Source of the DNA: Acholeplasmatales bacterium
GTDB taxonomy: Bacteria > Bacillota_I > Bacilli_A > Acholeplasmatales > Anaeroplasmataceae
Length of the DNA stretch: 64,000 bases
NCBI GenBank assembly: GCA_016288855.1
Contig: JAEELJ010000028.1
Coordinates: 379-64,378 of the forward strand
Direction of reading: 5' to 3'
Under the pieces are notes generated by a model, which did no database searches, had not been told where the DNA came from, and worked only from the letters and a program-made list of their open reading frames with translations. Position numbers and translations under genes: made by a program. This document shows positions 37,101 to 43,125 of this stretch, one piece after another; the first letter of the stretch is position 1; each line of letters starts with the position of its first letter.

Positions 37101-39921
37101 CACCATTATAAATAGCTTGTGCATATGAACCTAATGATAATTCATCAAATACACCATTTACATATAAATTATGTTCAGTAGATGAAGTTTTATTTAATGT
37201 GAATGATAAAGTCCCTTCATTTCTTACATCATTATAATTGATATAAGAACCATTAACAGTACCTGAATAAATACCATCAAATGTTAATGCAGTACTCATT
37301 GTGAAATTAATGCTTCTTAAGTTATATACTGCAGCTAAAGTAACAATATTATTACCTGATGTATCAGAACCATTATTTACATTAATAACACCAGCATAAT
37401 GTCCAATAACACTAATATCTTGCTCTTGAGCATTAATTGATAATAATTTTCTTGCTGTACCACTATAGATATAGTTGTTATCTAGGTTATAAACACTAGA
37501 AAGCTTTGAATCGAAGCCATTACCTGAACAAATATTAATACCACTTGTTAAGTAACCATTTAATCCTAAAATATTAGATGCACTAGCATATTTAACAGAA
37601 ACATTTGCTCTATTAGTCATTGCTGATGCATAGAATAAAATGTTATTTGCCTTATCTACGAATTGAGATGGTGTAACATTACCAGATGCAGTATCTGATG
37701 TTTGAATATCAGCATTTTCAATACCAGCAACCATTGTTAATGTTGCAGTACTATTACCATAAACAGAAATTTCACCTTGGTTTGTAAAATTATTTACTTC
37801 TGCTGTTTCTGATGTTTCACCAGCTTCACCTAAATGTCTACCTAAAATACCAGCAACATAAAGCTTAGTATATGTAGGAACTACAGTTGATGAACCAATT
37901 GAAATTGAGCCTAAATTTTCAAGTTTTGTTGCAAGTCTTGTATAACCAGCACCAATAACACCACCTACTGCGTAAGTAGCACTTGAACCTAAATTTAAAG
38001 AAATATTTACTGCATTTAAGACAGTATCAATATCTCCTAAAGAATCTTCAATGTAACCAACTAAACCACCTACTGCAACACCAGCCATGTAGCCTGATGA
38101 AGTAGAATATGAAGAATCAGCAACAAGATTAATTGAACCTGTTGATACACAGTTTGTAATCTTACCTTCACCGCCAAATACACCACAAATACCACCTAAA
38201 TAGTATTCACCTAGTGTAGATGAAGTTGTATTAGTTGCTTCAATATATGTATTAACATTAGTGATTGTTGAACCTTCAATGTAACCTGCAAGAACACCTA
38301 TTGCTTTTGCATTTGTTGCTTCTTCTATATCATCTAAATTAATTGTAGATACAACATTTAAATTAGTAACATCACCAGTCAAATAACTGAATAAGCCATA
38401 TGCATTAAGACCAGTTGTTACAACCTTCTTACTATCATTTAAGATATCAGCATTATAAATAGTTGGATATTTAGTAATACCATTATCAACCATTGTAACT
38501 GAACCTGATGATATTTGTTGTCCTTCAAATGAAGAACCAATACCATAATTATATGCATATGCAGTACCAGGAATTCCTTCAAGGTTAATATCGTTTGTGA
38601 TTTCATAGTTTACTTTTGCAGATGCGAAGAATGCATTGTTATTCATTAATTCATACATGAATAAGAAATCTTTAACATTTGTAATTTCAATAGTTGCACT
38701 TGCAATATTTGTATTACCTTCTGCGTCTATACCTGTAACAATTGTTGCTTCATTAACAAACTTTCTTCTTACAGGAGTTTCATAAGTAAAATAATAATTA
38801 AGAACTGTTCTAGTATTAGATTGAACACTCCAATTTGAATTTAACGCGAAAGCTTCATTTAATTCATCTAAAGACTTAACCATAATACCTGGATAAGATG
38901 TACCATTCTTTGTCTTAGCACCTAAGTCATCAGAATAAACAATTGTATATGCTCCACCAGCAACAAAGCTAGAGAACACAAAATCTATAGAAGTATTATA
39001 GAAATAAGTTGTTGTAATAGAACCTGAGTTCTTTAATGTAATATCTGCAAATTCGGCATAATCTGTAACAGTATAGTTAAATACTGAATTTGTTGCATAA
39101 TATGAATCTGAAATTGAACCAGTTGAAGCATTTTCAACCACAAAGCCAGAAATACGATATCCACCTGCCGCAGTAATACCACATTCATCAATTAGCTTTG
39201 TTCCTAATTGATTAACGTATACACCTGAAATTGTGCCCTTATTAAGACCACAAATATTTGCAACACCATAATCAGCCATACCAGAAATCATGTAAGCTAA
39301 TGTAATAGTTGGATTAACTAAACCAAAATTCTTAATTTCACCATTATTTTCAGCAAACATAGCGAAATATTTCATTGCACTATATTGAGAGGCAACAGTT
39401 GATGAACTAATAACTACGAATTCAAGATTATAAATATCATATCCATTACCATCAAAAGAACCTGTAAATGAACTTTCAGAAGTTGATGACCAACCAATTG
39501 GAATAAAATCATGAGCTGTATAATCATCAAAATCAATATTGCATAATAATAAATAATCATAAGCTAAGAATTTAGAATATGAATAACATGCTGCAGAAAA
39601 TTTATATAATTCTTCTGCTGATGCAATAGTAATAGTCATATCGCTATAATTAGCTGTTGATGCATTACTAAAAGCAGTTGTCATTGATACTCTATTAGTT
39701 TCTTTTGACTGTGTCTCATCAGTTGTTTTTATTGGTGTCTGACTACCAGCGTAAAATGACTTATAATCAATAAATGAAGTCTTAATATCACTTACATTTC
39801 CAGATAATTTATAGTTAATAAATAAAGCCAAAAATACAGCCATAAAAGCTGTAGTTAAGGCAAGACATATTGAAGTTATAATTGCTCTTTTATTAGAGCG
39901 ATTCTTAATATTATTTTTCAT
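28129..39921 (-). CDS. giant surface protein (about 3930 aa) with GLUG-motif/beta-helix modules (operon 1, gene 4)
   Basis: The probable start is ATG at 39921 (MKNNIKNRSNKR...), with GGAG 9 nt upstream; the track starts at 39930. Leader ...AFMAVFLALFINYKLSGN. Two GLUG-type modules (IASAEELYKF..DIDF..PIGW..FTGSFDGNGYDIYNL..FAENNGEIKNFGL; GLFSYLTGDVTNLNV, GVLAGYIEGSTITNV, GGICGVFGGEGKITNC, GGLVGYIEDSLGDI). No LPXTG or other wall anchor. Confidence 0.8.
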   Translation of the reverse strand: MKNNIKNRSNKRAIITSICLALTTAFMAVFLALFINYKLSGNVSDIKTSFIDYKSFYAGSQTPIKTTDETQSKETNRVSMTTAFSNASTANYSDMTITIASAEELYKFSAACYSYSKFLAYDYLLLCNIDFDDYTAHDFIPIGWSSTSESSFTGSFDGNGYDIYNLEFVVISSSTVASQYSAMKYFAMFAENNGEIKNFGLVNPTITLAYMISGMADYGVANICGLNKGTISGVYVNQLGTKLIDECGITAAGGYRISGFVVENASTGSISDSYYATNSVFNYTVTDYAEFADITLKNSGSITTTYFYNTSIDFVFSSFVAGGAYTIVYSDDLGAKTKNGTSYPGIMVKSLDELNEAFALNSNWSVQSNTRTVLNYYFTYETPVRRKFVNEATIVTGIDAEGNTNIASATIEITNVKDFLFMYELMNNNAFFASAKVNYEITNDINLEGIPGTAYAYNYGIGSSFEGQQISSGSVTMVDNGITKYPTIYNADILNDSKKVVTTGLNAYGLFSYLTGDVTNLNVVSTINLDDIEEATNAKAIGVLAGYIEGSTITNVNTYIEATNTTSSTLGEYYLGGICGVFGGEGKITNCVSTGSINLVADSSYSTSSGYMAGVAVGGLVGYIEDSLGDIDTVLNAVNISLNLGSSATYAVGGVIGAGYTRLATKLENLGSISIGSSTVVPTYTKLYVAGILGRHLGEAGETSETAEVNNFTNQGEISVYGNSTATLTMVAGIENADIQTSDTASGNVTPSQFVDKANNILFYASAMTNRANVSVKYASASNILGLNGYLTSGINICSGNGFDSKLSSVYNLDNNYIYSGTARKLLSINAQEQDISVIGHYAGVINVNNGSDTSGNNIVTLAAVYNLRSINFTMSTALTFDGIYSGTVNGSYINYNDVRNEGTLSFTLNKTSSTEHNLYVNGVFDELSLGSYAQAIYNGGDITLTDSSSSDMNINIYVSGICRNNLAVINATEQNPLNATFDSSLVGSLNDVINNGKITVTSSDYNKDQYLYYTNTNNAPQAVSQTTTTNLVGSVYASGIAYSNSGIISNAFNLGDIQLDIFAKAANDEYFAAGIACKMTGNYAQIRDSANNGTIQVINTSNSYAVEVNVGGIVATNYGAAGNINNVIAFTINYGTLIGFNGSANVTRSSVAACHCQTGGIMAYGICNIVNVLNYGNIYGSEVVGSLIGSFNLGDFSDTTFYLANTINYGTVYVLVKYSYTGATLYHVNYNEVVNLTYLSTGSYDAALQNYYYLGSMFGFINFASRDSSNISIRYVINFFNGAFICQALNQLNTPADGIDASTFITVNGSLDTFGGSSVKYAPLSTITDTQAGNIGVFSEKFIFRRAINGDLTVVDYDTYVTDAYIADFFQFVRFDKVNELLLEKIGWKNIAYVNAAEQLARDVATMSVFVSDGYSGLTKSTTLVEASFTSSTWYESIDDTLLVNFLTEILSADDGNTTEYTSSDLKEILEYILFDDECISDITSSIRSTIIDTIMSYYETEQTDAYTLLQKLLYDELLAKVVSGDTSDYAAVQTKIRTVLASASSEELEEVLTTYLEALIDDTNNDILDPLFNDETGDYYLVKKMELIQTLLADYSSETLALIAQELLSDTTDAENTLKYINYLSNHTDVALTIYANLFAYNSSSNSYYLNAINNAFKKYDIDASIENEYSSSNLVDEYTSTSDSQYINGELVSYTHDYTELWNIIKNNTNFQNYLKNSSGLFSSHEDPTSSISYISLIAKATEWNNTYQSIDAPSGTTDGKNNPNGIYRAGTDNITYSNTEVVNNRFLYTPDSVNDSNTYYYGPYMANGKVFASLLTNYDDYLGKEIYSASNISNTTRAYVPVFISANKTFTDDVIAKSNTTATNKESYAFLWNDVGTTQSSKGDSRYQWVSDYIINNAQQDGTRYLLKNYKTGTYVTDYYNFDPSYTVNTNNDLLTSNNNLRVSSSTYQRVTTGGTELGLVTTNNQCRAGLSSNGSYTHPLKDYYFRGYATSSIISGIWYVLSVWKNGNTVVGCYLISKTDDSAKQDGYGGVQTTQYTYYQMDDLVALDGVRTKGLSASTKPQDSDEIGIISSIMTKVLSTTDGQKAVLEALGVYASTTGFTSSQGASLRFLSSALRGTTFASNAVINVYTKQDNIALSNEYYYYYSAYYNTTLKEYLDSLIEDVEYTDLENLSMLGATDVELFKKILLLTLANDKYDDDDGTNTVTSTDITYFIYKYATYLREHDPDITDEEIAEKFAGVTSTDLTAFAALSDLDWDDFITTIGGDADASQEDGVGSYTDIKALYEALGSTDGATIAKGYAYPFKIADDTLLSPSASKINMTLSAGTKQVTACYTYEASSTGNNIGYYIGSDVKVYNKANKANFDTFYYPNGDGTPYTLPTADHAAPSEDIVSYLSDTQTDGDTTYRNGDYLIRLTGDSQFDANNEGGLVAVENACVGTWSGTLLVPNRCIWVAPIKSGTFKFVLSNIENTDKMGFRLYKLTRSTPGDYSTYFTNYSQALECNMQLQPGKSYYYEIDITDEDIEAGYEYAISSGDGYMPYITYIDIGASGTDNTKVKYPNLKPIEDNYNSYYSNLSEYASYLASNLIDATTYSPKITTTSITVSTPTIILVKADDGYTVTVGGTTTYDVDGVSTSISSVKKNTNGNYRAFYLSGGTYTITASDAVISEILQVNANGAITYNTGATSIYYDSDTTDASSGTLIFKGTNYTNLSSFNLDLDNANKILETLLVVYPTMIDSNDNYYFFDDSTIEEFTSTQLKEIIKALAKADYSSTTSVLGRLITNLPTKYYDNLLLSITDDEVIANMIKKIIEICDDNDYSESEDLIIAAYLGDDLIECSDNNQLTSSILYTVLSTYASSAAKSTTTGDTTAGFYQFIAGDTTINATKFTQFLEHLGVSANLEGYGIFALASSHGIKNGTFIPDNLTLTSMDAAYDTTATDSNNASIIKLLDASINSSDVTTTGSISTSWRDNTGNSSVATDTTQSYDTSDSSSVNYAFRIEMKQLKLSISTTIFELDLTDSTAGTIYASSSTIDVDNGTITYYVLETDLATIMANNNISIKNIDYAETATYVTNKSNTSTINLTGGFTNSKGNYQVKDAITVTAEDTSVYTAYDIILVGIPVSFTVTSDTSSLTYNGGTVTLTITCPNIPDNFDFKSFFTITNDSTSYKEGKGWTYNASTRNNGIVTNGSATLVIDINANLPGGTEELTISVFSQTRTVEVEKALNTEAKITKLTFEDNDLTTSGAYVSGKTSSIKFGRAYDYTELTNYKSENFYLADFEISPNASVVITATYANIANGDGRIRYSVKFVVTSESGSSETYYHYLDEMEYFDSTIANVFEEGVALQESDLYTEDFTYDSDSYLGQYSSLTYSSVDTFVAVKFNRGEEPQYRIKYILSNFYTLGDVTYETTDDTLNNGAAVSLTYAGLTVSVTESNEPGVYKFDYIYKSTGTWSGDTEYVRQYLFPTLFIIKGYSTDALLNRLTFLDQSIVIGNTASVMKTNTATSTSILAEASSEAVDGHETTYSDIFSLTSRDIEIKNKTIKYSTAAKSTSITDYFALGTVSDSDLSYYAPTFGIEEHAQIYQYTTLAKLTAYGADVQTESDAEVLSNHDTMYLYVPFTNGTTTIVYMVEVSSTGNWTNVYTTAFDGTNGATTKVGQFGTGITAYTAQNLAENNNYTSITINGYHVASETGSISNQALYMDYVGSPVNNHFWYVSYVVFSEAALHGEDDLGNQRYYHISIVDATNTIYFEVELYAPVDFAEVISNQELYMTISENIYSDTVKTATRQISGYLVVQKDDEDNIITDTDTNSHTYGLALYKLKIKLQTLPKGYFYFYIDLPDGYIVTVTTDMENQLDKSYDKIGSSIEEGAFLPFTSIITKTIALEFIVKEGTGDNATAWAVTTSDIYTRQAEYVGVTPNDEETSGE

Positions 39922-39938
39922 AATGGTCATCTCCAGTC

Positions 39939-41201
39939 TTAAATACTACCCAATGTGCTAGGATCGACTCCCCATAATTCTAACGCACGGTTTGCTTGCA
40001 CAAGCTCAACTGTGAATGATACTTCTACATCAACATATTCAGTATATACTGATGTTTTTGAATTTGAGTAGAAATAAGCTTGATTTACATTAAATGAATA
40101 ACTTTGTGATGCAAAGTCACCATTTGAATCCCTTGTAGGTAAAATCATTGTTTTAAGATATGCTGTATTCTCATTAGTATTGTAATACCAACCAGTATCA
40201 GAAATTGCAAATGGCGAATTACCAGCAATTTGATCCTTAATAGTATATGTTTCCTTTTGTGCAGAAGCATACTTTCTTGTTAAAATCCACGCATCCTTGA
40301 TATGGATTCTAACATATACTGCAATCTCATTAGTAAATGTAAACGCAAAGCCTAGTTGATTTAAGTAAATGTTACTATCATCTTGCTTCTTTTCTGTTGC
40401 GCTACATGTTATTGTTTCACTTGAATCAGTTGTACCAGCACTCAAAGTTTTATCAATTACAACAAAACCTAAGCCATCTGTATCAACAACAACAAAGCAA
40501 TCATCGTTATCTGTTGATGCTTCATCAATTCCATCTTCACTAAATGAAGTAATTGTTACAGTAATAAGTTCAGCTGAATTCTTGCTAAAAGTAACAATCT
40601 TAGAATTAGTAGATGAAATTTCATATGTAATTTCATCACCAGCTGGATTTGCAATTGTACCAATTGATATAACACCTGAGTGTGTTGATGTTGCAACATA
40701 ATATGTGCTTGCTGGAATAGTGCTTCCTACTGAAACAGTAGATGTTGCTGTATATCCAGAATTTGAATCTTTAGTATAATAAGATGTACTACTATCAAAT
40801 GATGTATCTGATGTTAAATAATAACCACCATTCTTATCTTCATAATAAGTATTAGATGGAATTGTACCACCTACTGTAACAATAGCCTTAGAATAAGTAC
40901 CTGCTACATAATATGTTTTACTTGCTTGGAAAACTGTATCTGTTGCAAGTGAATAAGTTGTAGTTGTATTTAAAATTACATCTTCTACATCAATTAATGT
41001 ATCAATTCTCATCTTTGAATTAGATGAGCTACTATAGTCAATAAAGTGCTTACTATCAACCTTAACTTGACCTACTTCAATATCATTTGTAACCTTTTTT
41101 GTAAATGTATAAGCTGCAAATACTATTGATATCATTGAGATAAGAACCATCAATGATGTAGTTAATATTAAAATTTTAGAAATTCTTTTATTACTCTTCA
41201 T
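39939..41201 (-). CDS. exported protein (420 aa) with a SipW-type-like leader and short TDTxF..KTYY repeats (operon 1, gene 3)
   Basis: Start at 41201 (MKSNKRISKILILTTSLMVLISMISIVFA|AYTFTKKV) with GAGGG upstream; the tracked TTG start at 41219 is less likely. The C-terminal VSFTVELVQANRA resembles the TasA-family ..ATQ.N.. end motif. Confidence 0.65.
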   Translation of the reverse strand: MKSNKRISKILILTTSLMVLISMISIVFAAYTFTKKVTNDIEVGQVKVDSKHFIDYSSSSNSKMRIDTLIDVEDVILNTTTTYSLATDTVFQASKTYYVAGTYSKAIVTVGGTIPSNTYYEDKNGGYYLTSDTSFDSSTSYYTKDSNSGYTATSTVSVGSTIPASTYYVATSTHSGVISIGTIANPAGDEITYEISSTNSKIVTFSKNSAELITVTITSFSEDGIDEASTDNDDCFVVVDTDGLGFVVIDKTLSAGTTDSSETITCSATEKKQDDSNIYLNQLGFAFTFTNEIAVYVRIHIKDAWILTRKYASAQKETYTIKDQIAGNSPFAISDTGWYYNTNENTAYLKTMILPTRDSNGDFASQSYSFNVNQAYFYSNSKTSVYTEYVDVEVSFTVELVQANRALELWGVDPSTLGSI

Positions 41202-41228
41202 GGTTCCCTCACAAAACAAAATTTAGTC

Positions 41229-41996
41229 TTATTCTGTAGTTGTAGTTACTTCTTCTGATGAAGTTGCTATTGCAGATAAGATTAATGAAAAAGTATAACT
41301 TGCTTTATCATCATATGATCCTAAGAATTCATTTGATGATGCATCATATGGTTGAATACCATATATATAAACATAGAATGTGGCCTTGCCACCTTCATTA
41401 GTTGCTTCATTTAATGCACTAACATTTTCTACTGTTGATGTTGTCATTAAATCATTGCCTAAGAAATCTGCAACTGAACCTTCTTCGTCACTACTATCTA
41501 GTTCTTCTTGTGATACTGCTGTTGCAACATAAGGATCTCTTAAATAATAAGTCTTAGTTGCACTAAATTTTGTATCAGTTGTTAAAGAATATTCTGTACC
41601 AGATAATTCATAATATTGTCCTTCTGGAACAGTTTCATTTGCTGCAACAGAAGCTTCACTATAAGTAAATGTTGTCCCCTGCTTAACAGTTATATCAACA
41701 TTAGCCTTACTTCTATTTTCAATAGAAATTTCCATCATTACAGCCATAGTTGAAAAATATTTACCTTCACCTACATTATCAAGGTCAAAGAAAACTAAAT
41801 TATCAACATCATATGTTTCAGGGTTAACTGTTGTATCATCATCAAAGGTATATGTTAATACAATACCATTTGTAACAACATCAACAGGCTCTTCCTGATC
41901 AGTTCTAACATACCAACCAAAAATAAATCCACTTAATACTACAAGTAGTACTAAACTTAGTGCTAGGTTAGCAATAATAAATATCTTATTCTTCAT
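41229..41996 (-). CDS. TasA/camelysin-sized exported protein with a SipW-type-like leader (operon 1, gene 2)
   Basis: 255 aa. Leader MKNKIFIIANLALSLVLLVVLSGFIFG|WYVRTDQEEPV. Lies 10 nt downstream of gene 1. Confidence 0.6.
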   Translation of the reverse strand: MKNKIFIIANLALSLVLLVVLSGFIFGWYVRTDQEEPVDVVTNGIVLTYTFDDDTTVNPETYDVDNLVFFDLDNVGEGKYFSTMAVMMEISIENRSKANVDITVKQGTTFTYSEASVAANETVPEGQYYELSGTEYSLTTDTKFSATKTYYLRDPYVATAVSQEELDSSDEEGSVADFLGNDLMTTSTVENVSALNEATNEGGKATFYVYIYGIQPYDASSNEFLGSYDDKASYTFSLILSAIATSSEEVTTTTE

Positions 41997-42006
41997 AATT
42001 GCCCTC

Positions 42007-42735
42007 CTAGTTACTAATGAATAATGACTTAATGCTTAAGCCTTGGAATTGATAATAACTATCTATAATATCATCACCTGTAGATACAAATGATAACGCA
42101 AAATAATCAATTGATGTAGTAGTTAAAACTGTGTAATCAAATATTGCAGTTTCAAGTGATTGAGCAACATCACTACCAATACCCTTAGGTACATCATTTG
42201 TAATTATAGGAGATGTATATAATTTAAATACATCTTCAATTTTATAATCATCTAATTCAACTGAATATTCACCAGAATCTTCAGTAATTGTATATAAAGT
42301 TTTTTCCTCGTTATCTTCTGTAACAGTAATATCAGAAGTTTGAGACTGATACATAACTACATTGTTATATAATACAGAATAATTTGTACTATAAGTTGCA
42401 GTAACAATTTCTTGATTTAATACAGATGAAATACCTGTAAAATGAGCACTATATTCACTATTAGCAGTTAATCCGTCTGCAACAAGCTTAAAATATATTA
42501 CATCATCAGGCCAAGCTTCAACAGAAAGCTCTCCATCAGATCTAATCCATTGCTTAGATACCTTATCCCAGTAGTATAATTTAAATTCAGCTGTATTGTC
42601 TTCTGTTTTACCAATAATTCCAGTTGCCTTTACAGAATCATTTGATATATACCATGCCATCAATACAGTTACAAGAAGGAATCCAGTAACAAATAAAGAT
42701 GCTAATGATAATATTAAATTTAAATGCTTCTTCAT
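42007..42735 (-). CDS. TasA/camelysin-sized exported protein with a SipW-type-like leader (operon 1, gene 1)
   Basis: Start at 42735 (MKKHLNLILSLASLFVTGFLLVTVLMA|WYISNDSVKATGIIG) with AGGAGG upstream. The tracked 42786 start would overlap the leader terminator. Confidence 0.6.
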   Translation of the reverse strand: MKKHLNLILSLASLFVTGFLLVTVLMAWYISNDSVKATGIIGKTEDNTAEFKLYYWDKVSKQWIRSDGELSVEAWPDDVIYFKLVADGLTANSEYSAHFTGISSVLNQEIVTATYSTNYSVLYNNVVMYQSQTSDITVTEDNEEKTLYTITEDSGEYSVELDDYKIEDVFKLYTSPIITNDVPKGIGSDVAQSLETAIFDYTVLTTTSIDYFALSFVSTGDDIIDSYYQFQGLSIKSLFISN

Positions 42736-42784
42736 AATTCCTCCTAAAATAAATGTAATACCTAAAGGAAGTTTTTTGGGCAAC

Positions 42785-42875
42785 AAAAAAACCAGTCCTT
42801 CATAATAGCAACTGGCTGTCTCATTAAGACCCTATAGCTTTGCGTCACAGGATCACTCCTGCTTTGCCTAAAACA
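42785..42875 (-). promoter_or_regulatory. c-di-GMP-I (GEMM-I) riboswitch with terminator-like hairpin, leader of operon 1
   Basis: Minus-strand RNA: AGGCAAAG[CAGGA-GUGA-UCCUG]UGACGCAAAGCUAUAGGGUCUUAAUGAGACAGCCAGUUGCUAUUAUGAAGGACUGG plus U7. It shares GACGCAAAGCUAUAGGGUCUU and GACAGCCAGUUGC exactly with the copy at 26590-26695. Confidence 0.75.
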
Positions 42876-43125
42876 CAATGTACACAAGACTAAATGCACA
42901 TTCTAAAATCATATTACAATAATACATTTTTCATTTTATACTCATTTGACATATTTGTCTATAAAAAAATGAATATTATTTTTAATTCATAACAAAAACT
43001 AACAAATGTAAACTTTTTTACGATTTTTATTATATCATAATTATCTCATATATTATAAATAATATATGAATTATTTTTATGGAATAAACTTTAAAATAAT
43101 GATATACTCTTTTTGGGTGATTTTA

